This document shows, one piece after another, positions 1 through 10,463 of a stretch of DNA of 64,000 bases (position 1 is the stretch's first letter; the number at the start of each line of letters is the position of its first letter). The stretch lies in IMG/VR virus record IMGVR_UViG_3300035501_000704, positions 1 through 64,000 of that record. One strand, 5' to 3'. This DNA is from a virus. Its lineage: Duplodnaviria; Heunggongvirae; Uroviricota; Caudoviricetes. The notes below the pieces were generated by a model that saw only the letters and a program-made list of their open reading frames with translations, ran no database searches and was not told the origin of the DNA. The translations under genes were made by a program, and so were the position numbers.

Positions 1-3000
1 AATCATGCAATTTTCTTCTGAGTTACTACAATGCATATTACATTTATAAGCAAATGCGTTATTGAATCCGTCTTTTATTGAAATAAATCCAGTTCCATAA
101 TTTGAATGGCTTTCGGAATTTCCGCTTATAGTAAATATAGGAAGACTTTTATTTCTACTAAAATCGCTACCTGGTAATAAATTAGTATCTAAGTCAGCTG
201 AATAAATTTCGCTACTAAATCCATCTACTGTTGATTGTAAAGATGCAATCTTCTTTGTGTTTTCTGTAATTTGTTCAGAATTTAAAGTAAGACCATCAAC
301 AGTTTGTTTCAATTCAGAAAAATTCTCTTCATTTTCTTCAATACGACTGCTTAATTCGGTTGACGTTTGTTTTAGTTCGGAAAATTTTTCTTCATTTTCT
401 TCAATACGACTGCTTAATTCGGTTGATGTTTGTTTTATTTGAGATTTAGTATATGATTTGTAGTCGGTGATGTCATTACTATCAGCAGTGAAATCAGTAA
501 TACCAACCCCTTTTTCAAGCTTTGGTTTTGTTATACATACATCTACATTTAAAGCTGGTAATATATTTATTGTAATATATTTTGTATTTATTGGCGACAT
601 GAAATGAAAATAATATCTATACCATTCTGAACTACATATTATTGCATTAAAATTTGGGTTATCATATTCATCAAATGAATAAGGAAATGAAGATTCAATA
701 AATGTTTGGTCATTTAAATCTAACCGATTCCAATCATCATCCCAGCATAATATTTGAATTTTGAATGAATAATTAGAACTACTACCCGATATAATTTTTG
801 AATAAAAAGATAATGTATAATCTGTTCTATTTGTATTTTGTTGTGTTATACTATTAAAATTTAGAACATGATAATTAGTGTTATTTTTTTCATTTACCTC
901 TATATAATTATTTCCATAATCATCATATTTACCTATTGTAAAACCGCTACTATACGAAGAATTAGTAGCACCACTTAATGTATCAGCATCTGTTAATAAA
1001 TTTCCTCTTGTAATTTGCTCATTTTCTTTCCAACCAGTAAAAGTTTCTCCTTCTTCCAAATATGGTTTTGCAATAAGAGAAACATAATCACCTGTTGGCA
1101 AATTAGCAGCAAGATTTGTAATACTTATTTCATAAAAATTACATAATGCTTCAAATGTAATACTATATGTGTACCATTTTCCAATTTCAGGTTTCCCATA
1201 ATTAAATTCATCTGAATGTGGGTAATAATATACAATTGATGTTGATTTACTATTTCCAGATTTATCTGTGTACTTACATTCTAATTTTGTTTCGCTATCT
1301 TTTGCTTCTTTATGTGTCATTGAAACGACTAGTGCAACATTGGTATTTAACTTATTATTTTCAGTTAATCCGCTACTTGCGCTTAATACTTTATATTTGA
1401 ATGATAATGTATATGTATTTCCAGATATTAATTGTATATTATATGACGAATCTACGGTAGAATAATATTTGTATGATACACTAATTCCACAATGGTCACT
1501 TGTGCCTCCACAATGCATATTACATTTATAAGCAAATGTGTTATTGAATCCGTCTTTTATTGAAATAAATCCAGTTCCATGGCTTTTATTGTCACTGGAA
1601 GAGCTACTTGTTGAAAATATAGGAAGACTTTTATTTCTACTAAAATCGCTACCTGGTAATAAATTAGTATCTAAGTCAGCTGAATAAATTTCGCTACTAA
1701 ATCCATCTACTGTTGATTGTAAAGATGCAATCTTCTTTGTGTTTTCTGTAATTTGTTCAGAATTTAAAGTAAGACCATCAACAGTTTGTTTCAATTCAGA
1801 AATCTTTGTTGTTGCACCACTAATATTTTCTTCAGTTTTTGAGACACGTGACGTAATACCATCAATGCTTGTACTAAATGAAGCGCATTGTGCGGTTGCG
1901 CTATTTGCTGTACTAACTGCATTCTCTATCTTTTGACTGAATCCATCAACGGTATTAGATGTTTCATTTGATTTAGTTAAAGCACTTTCCGCAGTTTCTT
2001 TTACTGTATTTATACTTTCAGTCCATCCAGTAGCAGTTTCAGTTTTTACATAAGTATTTTCAATTGTTTCAATCTTACCATTAACATCAGATATTTTAGA
2101 ATCAAAATCTGTTATTACAGTTGTTTTAACATTACCTTCTATTGTTTCATATATACCTTTTAAGTAGGTTACTCTCCATGATACAGGCGTTCTATATGCT
2201 TTGCCATTATATTTAAATTCAGCATATGCGGTACCACCAGTTATGCTTTTATCTTTTATTTCAGTTATTTTAATTCCTGGTACTGTTTTATTATCTATTT
2301 CAACATTAGTAGTATATTTAATTGCATCATTTAATTCAACTTGATTGGAACCATAAGAATATGATATTTGTGCTGAGGTTATTGAAATTTTTCCAACATT
2401 ATTATATGAATCTGTGATTTTATCTGTTACATCAACACCATTTTCATATACTTTTAATAATGAAAAAGCCCAACTTAAATCAAAATCTCCATTTATATCT
2501 TCAGTAATTTGGATGTCTCTATCAAAACCGTAATTAAACGTAAGGCCACTTCCAGGTTCACCTTGTTCACCATCAGATACAACTGAATAGCTAAATACTT
2601 GTTTATAAGTAGCTGTTTCTGCTGATGTTTTTTGTACTGTTACATCAAAACCAAATGACTCTTGTTTTATATTTCCAGTTGGTTTAATTTTTAAATTTGC
2701 ATTGTTTGCTGGCAAATCATTTGTTGTGGTGACATTACATTGAATATCACTAGGTATAGAAACTTCTTCTATTGTAAGAAGAACGCCATCTTTTGATGCA
2801 CTTACGGTAACAGATACTTCTTCTGGAGTTATACTTCCGTCTGAATCTTTGTAGAACACATAAGTTGAAGGTGTTGTTCTTACATCTACTACACTTTCAC
2901 CAAAGTTATTGTAGAAATAAGCTTTTGTTGTATTATTTTCAGTTGCACTACCGTACCATTTAGTCCATAATCCATTTTCTTTAAAACGTCTTGCCGCCCA

Positions 3001-6000
3001 TTGATATTTATTGACTTCATTCAATTGTTGTGGGTCATCGGTCCAATCAATATCTGTGATTGTTTTTCCGTCGACCTTAAATCCTTTTGATGGTACATAA
3101 TCATTATCTTGGTAATTCTTTCCATTTAAACCGCTCCCATCTGTAGCCCCAGTCTTTAACATACTGTCAGTCACAATAGGTAAATCTGGCGCGCTATATT
3201 CTGATGTTACGGTGTATATTATTTCATAGTCAAGCCCATCATCGCCAGTATATCTTCCCCATTTATAATCAGTGGCTTCGCTTGAATCAGTTTCATTGTT
3301 ATCTGTATATGTACCAATGAATTTCCCAGGTGCTTCACCATCATGTTCACTAAAATATGATGTCAAATCATCGTTTGTTACGATATATATAGTTTCATTA
3401 AGTGTATTTGACGAAATTACGGCTGAATTAGCCCATTTTGTATGAATATATACACTATCACCAGAATCACCCTTTACAGAACCTGCGTTATACCATTTAT
3501 GTGAAGGGCATTCTGTTCCATATTTATCAAAATCAGATGTAGTTATATCTTGAGATGATTCTTGCCATATCCACATTTCTCCATTGATAATCCAAGCATC
3601 ACCGTCATTTGGTTTAATGGTTTCATTGTAATAAGTTTCTGTTGCACTTTTATCTATATAATTTTGATATTCACCCCAATTCGATTTTGCGAATAAATCT
3701 TGATAACTATCGCAAGTTCCCTTTGTTGTTAAACCAGTTCCAGTTGCTCCTTTTTCACCTGTTTCTCTTATATATGACCAGTCACCAGTTTGAGGTTTGT
3801 TAATTGAAGATACTGCTGGTGTTACCTCTCTTACTCGTCTCCATAAATATTTTCCAGATGTTCCTTGTCCTGGTGCTGTTGTCTCCCAATCTTGTTGCTT
3901 ATCATATGTATTTCTTTGTTCTGATTCAGACATTATTAGTATATCAAGCCATTTGTATTGTGTCTCATTATATTTTCCGTCTTTACCTTTGTAATTATAC
4001 AATGGGCATATATTAGTACTACTAGCTTTTCCAACAAAATTTTGCCATTCACCATTTACTTTTTTTCGCGTACACATAAATTCATATGGATATTCGTCAC
4101 TAATACCTGTAGGGTTATCAGTCCAAGTAGTTTGCTCGTCATATTCATTGTATTCTGTTAATCCTGATGTACCAGCTGATGTTGGTGGAATATAATCATC
4201 GTCTTTGAATGTTTTACCTGAATTTTCAACACATTCTTTTTCTGTGGGAACATAATATGGTACGGCGTTTGTTTTCAAACGATAAACATATTCATATCCA
4301 TATCCATCATCGCCAACAAATTTTGACCATGTATATGCGCTATATACTTCATCATATACACCATTAGTATTAGGTTTATGAGAATCTGCTAATACACCAA
4401 TGTACCTTGTGTCATCTTTCGGAGTTTCTGATACATCGTCTGCTTCAGGATATAGATTTCCATTACTATCTTCATGTAAAATACTAGCATATCTTATATG
4501 AAGATATACACTTTCTCCGCTTTCACCTTTAAATTGACCACAATTAACAAAATGGTGTTTATCAGGGAATGTCATAGTCGCTCCAGTACATTCCATAGCA
4601 TCTGAAGAATTACTCCACGTATATAATGTACCATCAATAATATAACAATCTCCATCAATAGGTTTTACTTTATCATAGTCATCCTGAGTTTTATCTTCGC
4701 CATAATAAGTTCTATAGTTATTTAAGCTTGCCAATGCATATAATTCATCTAAAGAATTTAATGCTGACTTAATCTGGATTGATGTGCCTTCAGAGCCTTT
4801 TTCACCAGTGATTCTTATATATTCCCAATTTTCATCCCAATCCTTTGTTTCAGAATGATATCTCTTTTGACGCATCCACATGTAATAGCCAGTTGGAAGT
4901 GCGTGTAATATTTGAGTTGAATCTATTCCTACTTTTTCTTTTGCTCCTGATATTGTATCGCTCCAATCATTATCATTTTCGCTACAGATTGTTTCACTTT
5001 GGTTAATGAGATATTGGTATTTATTATAACTACCTTCAAGTCCTGTTATTTGAACTGGGTCAGACCAATATATTACATGACCATGACTATCAAGTTTATA
5101 ACTTCCTGTAGCTCTATTTGTGCTACCATCAATCACACAAGTAGACATATACCATATATCATTATCTGATTCAGGGCCATCATGCCAGCCTGAATTTCTA
5201 TTAACCAACTCTAAGAATTCATCATTATCTTCATTAATTTCATATTCTTCTTTAATAAGGGCTTTAATTTCAGATTCAGTCATTTCGACAAAGTTTGGTG
5301 TCTCAAAGGTTGGAGATTCTACTGTGTCACCTTCCTTAAAACTTTTGAAACAGTAATTATTATAATTACCATTCTTACCATTTTCAGATTTTATCTTAGT
5401 GATAGTCCAACTTGACCATGTTCCATAGATTGATTTAAATGATGTTGCCATCCATGTATCTTCACTTGTTCCAACTTCATGCCATCCATAAGGTTGTTCT
5501 TCTGATTCTACTTGTGTTCCATGATTTTTGGGTGTACCTGGCGTTTTATCATATTTGCAATAGCAAACATCAAAGTTTGCACTATCTGCCATTAATGAAG
5601 GTTCACTCCATGATGATTCTTGTGGTGATAACCCATCACTTGTGAATGTTCTATGGCTTTGATATATAAGTGAATAATTCTCATCAGTTAATGCAGGAAT
5701 ACCATCATACCAACCATTTGGAACTGGATTTGAATAACTGCCTCCTGTAGGTTTACTTGGCCCATTTGTAATACTATTCCAACGTCTGAATACTGTTGAA
5801 ACAAATACAGATTGTCCCGATGCACCAGCATTAACAACAATAGGATTACTCCAATAGGTAGTTCCAGTTATTTTGCCTTGTTCATCATATTCAAAATCGC
5901 CAATGGCTTTATTATCATCACCAGATATGGTTGCTACTGAATACCACCATGTACCATTACCTGTAGGTCCATCTTGCCATCCAATATTTCTTTCGATGTA

Positions 6001-7143
6001 CTTATCATCATTTTGATATGATGAATGTGGCGTTGTTTGTTGAATATATGCTTTTACTGTATCATCACTCTTATCAACAAATTTATCAGGGTCATTTATG
6101 GTTGGTGCATCAACACTTGAAGCAGATGATTTCTTATAGATTGTATTTCTATAATTTCCATTGGAGCCATCTTTACCTTTTTCTCCTACAATAGGAAATA
6201 CATTCCAACTTCCCCAAACACCATTACTTTTAATAGACATGGCCATCCAATTATCTCCAGATAATGCATCATTATGCCACAAGCCATCATTTTGTTCACC
6301 ATGTGTCGTAGGTGAATTTGGTGTTCCTGATTCAAGATAACAGAAACATACATCAATATCAGCCGAATCCATTGCTTTAAATGGGGTTGACCATTCATCA
6401 TCTTGTGGGTATAATCCGTCACTTGTAAATTTTCTTCTTGAAGACCATAAAAAGCCTTCTCCACTTTCAGGAATTCCATCGCTCCATCCTTGATTTGTAG
6501 AGCCGGAAGGAAGTCCAGTGTCATAGCTACCACCAAGAGGTTTATCAGGTTTTACTGTGCTTCTTTTAAAGATGGTTGATACATAAATACCTTGACCAGC
6601 CAATCCTTCATCTTCATTTGCAATAACGATTGGAAAACTCCAAGAGTATTCTTTGGATTTAAACGTTGTTGTAAATGTAAAGATTGAATCACTTACAGCA
6701 TTTTCAGGAATTGTTAATTGAAATTGTAATGTGTCATCTGAGATGATATGTTTGACATTTGCAATTATTTCACCTTCATATGCTACTTGATTGTAATATG
6801 AATATGAATAAGTATCAATACTATTGTCTTTTCCAGGCTTCAATATAATATCTCCATATTGAACAACTACAGTAGCAATCACAACTTGTGCTACAGGCTT
6901 CTTTGTAACATATACAATTGTAGGTGATATTGATGCAGTAAGTTTTGTCGTATTATCAACTATTGTACTACCATCAAATCCATTTGCCTTTAATTGTGCT
7001 ATGGTATTTTCAAGATAAATCATTCTTGATTTTATCTTTTCAAAGTTTCTTAAAATTAAGTCTGCAACATATTGACCAGTTTCACCGTGCTGAATCTCTT
7101 CAAATTCTATATTTTCAATTTCTGAGTTAATGTATTCGGCCAT
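1..7143 (-). CDS. Giant tail-fibre-like structural protein. Start codon is present; the 3' end runs off the window (more than 2380 codons visible)
   Basis: ATG at 7143–7141 on the reverse strand. The minus-strand frame read by eye stays open to position 1. It is absent from the ORF track because there is no stop inside the window. It shows recurring fibre-like motifs (W..WMA.S.K..G.WGSW...GEKG.DG) and an internally duplicated C-terminal module. Confidence 0.7.
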   Translation of the reverse strand, partial: MAEYINSEIENIEFEEIQHGETGQYVADLILRNFEKIKSRMIYLENTIAQLKANGFDGSTIVDNTTKLTASISPTIVYVTKKPVAQVVIATVVVQYGDIILKPGKDNSIDTYSYSYYNQVAYEGEIIANVKHIISDDTLQFQLTIPENAVSDSIFTFTTTFKSKEYSWSFPIVIANEDEGLAGQGIYVSTIFKRSTVKPDKPLGGSYDTGLPSGSTNQGWSDGIPESGEGFLWSSRRKFTSDGLYPQDDEWSTPFKAMDSADIDVCFCYLESGTPNSPTTHGEQNDGLWHNDALSGDNWMAMSIKSNGVWGSWNVFPIVGEKGKDGSNGNYRNTIYKKSSASSVDAPTINDPDKFVDKSDDTVKAYIQQTTPHSSYQNDDKYIERNIGWQDGPTGNGTWWYSVATISGDDNKAIGDFEYDEQGKITGTTYWSNPIVVNAGASGQSVFVSTVFRRWNSITNGPSKPTGGSYSNPVPNGWYDGIPALTDENYSLIYQSHRTFTSDGLSPQESSWSEPSLMADSANFDVCYCKYDKTPGTPKNHGTQVESEEQPYGWHEVGTSEDTWMATSFKSIYGTWSSWTITKIKSENGKNGNYNNYCFKSFKEGDTVESPTFETPNFVEMTESEIKALIKEEYEINEDNDEFLELVNRNSGWHDGPESDNDIWYMSTCVIDGSTNRATGSYKLDSHGHVIYWSDPVQITGLEGSYNKYQYLINQSETICSENDNDWSDTISGAKEKVGIDSTQILHALPTGYYMWMRQKRYHSETKDWDENWEYIRITGEKGSEGTSIQIKSALNSLDELYALASLNNYRTYYGEDKTQDDYDKVKPIDGDCYIIDGTLYTWSNSSDAMECTGATMTFPDKHHFVNCGQFKGESGESVYLHIRYASILHEDSNGNLYPEADDVSETPKDDTRYIGVLADSHKPNTNGVYDEVYSAYTWSKFVGDDGYGYEYVYRLKTNAVPYYVPTEKECVENSGKTFKDDDYIPPTSAGTSGLTEYNEYDEQTTWTDNPTGISDEYPYEFMCTRKKVNGEWQNFVGKASSTNICPLYNYKGKDGKYNETQYKWLDILIMSESEQRNTYDKQQDWETTAPGQGTSGKYLWRRVREVTPAVSSINKPQTGDWSYIRETGEKGATGTGLTTKGTCDSYQDLFAKSNWGEYQNYIDKSATETYYNETIKPNDGDAWIINGEMWIWQESSQDITTSDFDKYGTECPSHKWYNAGSVKGDSGDSVYIHTKWANSAVISSNTLNETIYIVTNDDLTSYFSEHDGEAPGKFIGTYTDNNETDSSEATDYKWGRYTGDDGLDYEIIYTVTSEYSAPDLPIVTDSMLKTGATDGSGLNGKNYQDNDYVPSKGFKVDGKTITDIDWTDDPQQLNEVNKYQWAARRFKENGLWTKWYGSATENNTTKAYFYNNFGESVVDVRTTPSTYVFYKDSDGSITPEEVSVTVSASKDGVLLTIEEVSIPSDIQCNVTTTNDLPANNANLKIKPTGNIKQESFGFDVTVQKTSAETATYKQVFSYSVVSDGEQGEPGSGLTFNYGFDRDIQITEDINGDFDLSWAFSLLKVYENGVDVTDKITDSYNNVGKISITSAQISYSYGSNQVELNDAIKYTTNVEIDNKTVPGIKITEIKDKSITGGTAYAEFKYNGKAYRTPVSWRVTYLKGIYETIEGNVKTTVITDFDSKISDVNGKIETIENTYVKTETATGWTESINTVKETAESALTKSNETSNTVDGFSQKIENAVSTANSATAQCASFSTSIDGITSRVSKTEENISGATTKISELKQTVDGLTLNSEQITENTKKIASLQSTVDGFSSEIYSADLDTNLLPGSDFSRNKSLPIFSTSSSSSDNKSHGTGFISIKDGFNNTFAYKCNMHCGGTSDHCGISVSYKYYSTVDSSYNIQLISGNTYTLSFKYKVLSASSGLTENNKLNTNVALVVSMTHKEAKDSETKLECKYTDKSGNSKSTSIVYYYPHSDEFNYGKPEIGKWYTYSITFEALCNFYEISITNLAANLPTGDYVSLIAKPYLEEGETFTGWKENEQITRGNLLTDADTLSGATNSSYSSGFTIGKYDDYGNNYIEVNEKNNTNYHVLNFNSITQQNTNRTDYTLSFYSKIISGSSSNYSFKIQILCWDDDWNRLDLNDQTFIESSFPYSFDEYDNPNFNAIICSSEWYRYYFHFMSPINTKYITINILPALNVDVCITKPKLEKGVGITDFTADSNDITDYKSYTKSQIKQTSTELSSRIEENEEKFSELKQTSTELSSRIEENEENFSELKQTVDGLTLNSEQITENTKKIASLQSTVDGFSSEIYSADLDTNLLPGSDFSRNKSLPIFTISGNSESHSNYGTGFISIKDGFNNAFAYKCNMHCSNSEENCMI
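23..322 (-). repeat. Copy A of an about 300-bp intragenic direct repeat (a duplicated fibre module), about 93% identical to copy B at 1505–1802
   Basis: Long identical runs (23–100 matches 1505–1581; 139–322 matches 1619–1802), with a 40-bp divergent patch in between. Confidence 0.85.
313..437 (-). repeat. In-frame tandem duplication of about 63 bp x2, encoding a 21-aa coiled-coil-like segment (TSTELSSRIEENEE[K/N]FSELKQ)
   Basis: Two adjacent near-identical 63-nt units, 313–374 and 376–437. Only one unit is present in repeat copy B. Confidence 0.8.
1505..1802 (-). repeat. Copy B of the intragenic direct repeat
   Basis: See copy A. Confidence 0.85.
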
Positions 7144-7296
7144 TATCAATCATTCTTTAATATAATATAAATAGACAACAAATCATAATTTTTCTTAAAT
7201 AAATGATGTTTATTTTCATATTTCTTGTATGATTATCAATAAGATATTATATTTGCATCGTTAAACAATTAACTTCAAATTTAAATATTAAATATC

Positions 7297-7809
7297 ATGT
7301 CAGTTAAAGTATCATTCGTTGGACGTTTAGGAAAGGATGCTGAATTTCAGAATTCCCCAAACAACAATCAATTTATTAGTTTCCATGTAGGAACAAGCGA
7401 TAACGTAAAGAAAGGTGAAGACAATACAACATGGATGTCGGTGTCTGCTGATTACAATCGTTTTAAGAACATGTATCCTTATTTAAAGAAGGGTTGCCTT
7501 GTTCAAGTTACAGGAACCGAACGTTGTGTTCTATACACAAATAATAAGGGAATTTCATGTATCTCGCGTAATGTATCATCTGATTCTATTGAATTTATTA
7601 GAACAGCTAATAGTAATTCAAATACAAATAATAACAATAATCAGCAATTCGCTACTAATACATCAGGTGAATCTATTGTTAATGCCCAAATGAATAATGT
7701 TAACGTAGGGAATGAATCTCAGGCTATTCCTCAGTATAATACACCTGAACCAGCTTATGCAATGGCTGCTCCTACCGCACAAGTGAGCAATGATGACCTT
7801 CCGTTCTAA
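7297..7809 (+). CDS. ssb: Single-stranded DNA-binding protein
   Basis: N-terminal OB-fold motif VSFVGRLGKDAEF and the acidic C-terminal tail DDLPF typical of SSB. Confidence 0.85.
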   Translation: MSVKVSFVGRLGKDAEFQNSPNNNQFISFHVGTSDNVKKGEDNTTWMSVSADYNRFKNMYPYLKKGCLVQVTGTERCVLYTNNKGISCISRNVSSDSIEFIRTANSNSNTNNNNNQQFATNTSGESIVNAQMNNVNVGNESQAIPQYNTPEPAYAMAAPTAQVSNDDLPF

Positions 7810-7933
7810 TCATAGAAAATAGACTTCTTTTTTCTGCATATTTGTTCTTTGCTAATCGTTATATTGATTTATAATGGTTAGCAAAGTTTTTTATTTATAT
7901 ATTATGATATTTATAGATTGTAATATATAGTTT

Positions 7934-8278
7934 ATGAGCAATAGAAATGTGATTTGCGTTAGTGAAAGTGAATTAAGAGAAGCTATTATTGAGGCAATTA
8001 AAAATAGTAAAGGACAAGATTGTGAGGGTCAATATGATTTGTTCGGTGGAGGAATTATAGAAGTTCCAAAGAAACCTAATAGAAAGAGAGATATGCGAAC
8101 AGACTTTCAGAAACAAGCTGAAAGAGATGAGAGAGCAAGGCAAAGAAAAATAAAGAAAGAAAAAGAAATTGAAGATAGATTCAATGCAACAGGTAGAACA
8201 CAATTACAAATGCAATTTGAAGCAAAACTTAGACAAATTGTATTTGAAAAGATAATGAGAAAATTAAGAACATTATAA
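7934..8278 (+). CDS. Hypothetical basic protein (Lys/Arg/Glu-rich)
   Basis: 114-aa ORF followed by a terminator. Confidence 0.5.
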   Translation: MSNRNVICVSESELREAIIEAIKNSKGQDCEGQYDLFGGGIIEVPKKPNRKRDMRTDFQKQAERDERARQRKIKKEKEIEDRFNATGRTQLQMQFEAKLRQIVFEKIMRKLRTL

Positions 8279-8284
8279 TAAATA

Positions 8285-8329
8285 AAATCCCCTATCTAAT
8301 AAAAGATAGAGGATTTCTTTTTTTTTTTT
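8285..8329. terminator. Bidirectional intrinsic terminator between convergent genes
   Basis: Imperfect 13-bp stem (aaatcccctatct / agatagaggattt) followed by T11 on the plus strand. An A/T-rich run lies on the other side. Confidence 0.6.
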
Positions 8330-8768
8330 ATTGTATATATTTCTTCACTGTATCAGCCACTAATTTTCCATCAACATTCTTTAGTTTTGATTTAATCTCC
8401 TTAATGAAAGTTCCCATAGATTTCTTATCAATAACCATTGAATTATTGGTTAATTCACGAATAACAGAAACAATATCATCTTCAGTTGCTTCTACAGGCA
8501 AGAATGATGATAATATTCCAGCCTCAGCTCTTTCCATATCTGCTAAATCTTCTCTACCAGCATTAGAGAATGTAACAGCATTTTCAACACATTCACTGAA
8601 CATCTTCTTTATTAAAGATATTTCAACATCTTCTGTAATTTCCTTAGCATTCTTAGCTGTCTTTAATTTCATTAGCTCTACCTTAATATCTTGATAGGTA
8701 TTGAGTAAATTTATGTCTCCAGACTTTCTTGCTGTCTGGATATAAGAATCAATTTTTTCGATTAACAT
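8328..8768 (-). CDS. GatB/YqeY-domain protein
   Basis: AGREDLADMERAEAGILSSFLP matches the conserved YqeY core (AGR.DLA..E..E...L..YLP). The size of about 146 aa is also typical. Confidence 0.7.
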   Translation of the reverse strand: MLIEKIDSYIQTARKSGDINLLNTYQDIKVELMKLKTAKNAKEITEDVEISLIKKMFSECVENAVTFSNAGREDLADMERAEAGILSSFLPVEATEDDIVSVIRELTNNSMVIDKKSMGTFIKEIKSKLKNVDGKLVADTVKKYIQ

Positions 8769-8778
8769 AACTTCTTTT

Positions 8779-9597
8779 TTATTTTAATAGTTTATCAATT
8801 TCTTCAATTACTGATTTAATATATCCTTTCTTCATCTCAATGAAGTTAATATCTTTATTCTTATATAACTTGTAGATAAGAATAGGATTATGGATAACAG
8901 CAATGAGTTGAGTCTTTTCTTTTCTTGTGTTAAGAATCTCAAAGATTTGATTTATATTAAAGATGTCAAGATTTCTATCTGGCTCATCAATAAGAACTGT
9001 ATATTCATTATCATTTCCGAAATCTACTTTATGTTCCTTAACGTAATCAATATATTGTGTAAAGATATTATCCTCGCTAAAATTTTTAGAATAATATTCT
9101 GCTTCAGATTTAATTTCATTCACAGGGAAGTCAAGATTTGCATCTTGTGAGAACATTCTCTCAAATAGATTTTCAAGATTTAAGACAATTCCTTCTCCAG
9201 TTGAAGCATGCTTTACATTAAATGTATATTGGAATAGTTCAAATGAAGATAAACATCTCTGGTCATGCTCTAATTCATTCCAATTACAATATCTAAATAC
9301 TGTAGTTAGATAATCAGCATAAACATCAATGCCTTTATACATTTGAGTTTGCATCAATTGACCTTTCTCCCATCTTGATAGCTCTTTGATTTTGTTGTAA
9401 TTCATTTTATCTCTATCAACTAACATATATCTTTCGATTAGTTTCATAAGAGTTGTCTTACCACAACCATTAGGGCCAACAATGATATTGATACCAGGTT
9501 TAAATTCAAACTTGGTACCATTCTTGAAACGTTTAATGTCTTTAAGATAAGAGATAGGACAATCTTTCCTATCTTTAATAACAATACTTTGAATCAT
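8779..9597 (-). CDS. Minimal ABC-type/AAA_21-like ATPase
   Basis: Walker A GPNGCGKTT, ABC-signature-like STGEG, Walker B/D-loop VLIDEPDRNLD, H-loop VIHNP. Confidence 0.65.
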   Translation of the reverse strand: MIQSIVIKDRKDCPISYLKDIKRFKNGTKFEFKPGINIIVGPNGCGKTTLMKLIERYMLVDRDKMNYNKIKELSRWEKGQLMQTQMYKGIDVYADYLTTVFRYCNWNELEHDQRCLSSFELFQYTFNVKHASTGEGIVLNLENLFERMFSQDANLDFPVNEIKSEAEYYSKNFSEDNIFTQYIDYVKEHKVDFGNDNEYTVLIDEPDRNLDIFNINQIFEILNTRKEKTQLIAVIHNPILIYKLYKNKDINFIEMKKGYIKSVIEEIDKLLK

Positions 9598-9629
9598 TTT
9601 ATTACTTTATAAAAAGTAAAACAATCTTT

Positions 9630-10412
9630 TTAATCATCATTCAATGTAGCGTCATAATCTTCAACGCTAACAATGTTCTCTGAAATGTATGGGTGATACT
9701 TTGAACCTTTGAGATATTCTTCAACAGGAACATATACCTTTTTCCACTTCAATGGAATAGGTTGATACATTCTGTCACTTCCTTCAACTGGCTTGTAATC
9801 CTGAGTCCATGATTCAAAACAAGTTGTAATTGATTCATTTTTTTTATTATCATGAATCCATCTTACAAGCTTATAATGTTTCTTGTCGAATAAGCTTGCT
9901 AAGTTTGCCCAAGGAATCAAATCATCAATCTCATGTTGAGCAAAATATGTTCTTGTGTCGGGAACTTGATTTATAACACGATACTTATGTGGTGCATCCT
10001 TATCATAAGTCTCATGATAAATGCTAATTTCCTTAATGGCAAGAATTTTCTCCTGAGAATCAATATTGTTATCACTCCAATATTGAAGCATATCTTCCAA
10101 AGGACGTCTTGATTCATTATCAACAGTACCTTCATATGTCACATGGCCAGGGAGAAAATCAAGGTGATATTGAATCTCTCTACGAATATCCAATGCTGTA
10201 AATTCTAATCGCTCTTTACTCAATAGATTATAATACTTATTAGCCATATAGTAAGCCAAATCGGTCACATAAGTATGTCTGCCAATGCAATATCTATATG
10301 ACGTCCACATTAGCATTTCTTCATCCATAGATAAGGATTCTTTTACTATGGATTTCATTTTTTCTAAATTCTTTGCCATATATGTAAATGTTATTTTCTG
10401 CAAATATAGCAT
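9630..10412 (-). CDS. Hypothetical protein
   Basis: 260-aa ORF. No motif recognised. Confidence 0.5.
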   Translation of the reverse strand: MLYLQKITFTYMAKNLEKMKSIVKESLSMDEEMLMWTSYRYCIGRHTYVTDLAYYMANKYYNLLSKERLEFTALDIRREIQYHLDFLPGHVTYEGTVDNESRRPLEDMLQYWSDNNIDSQEKILAIKEISIYHETYDKDAPHKYRVINQVPDTRTYFAQHEIDDLIPWANLASLFDKKHYKLVRWIHDNKKNESITTCFESWTQDYKPVEGSDRMYQPIPLKWKKVYVPVEEYLKGSKYHPYISENIVSVEDYDATLNDD

Positions 10413-10463
10413 ATAAAGAAATAGATAGCAAATACACGTATATGTATTTAATATTATTTAACC

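Noticed and set aside
313-437. Tandem 63-bp repeats as a possible CRISPR or minisatellite
   Set aside because: Only two units are present. They are in-frame inside a coding region, and there are no spacer-like unique segments.
6186-6536. The 116-aa minus-strand ORF and several 60–80-aa plus-strand ORFs inside 1–7143
   Set aside because: They are alternative-frame ORFs embedded in the giant fibre gene. Their low-complexity sequences are typical of spurious overlapping ORFs.
1-7143. The ORF track shows no long ORF across 7 kb, which could suggest stop-codon reassignment (TAG or TGA recoding), as in some crAss-like or Lak phages
   Set aside because: A single minus-strand frame read by eye in the standard code is open from the ATG at 7143 to position 1. 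The gene is unlisted only because its stop lies outside the window. All other genes also use standard stops.
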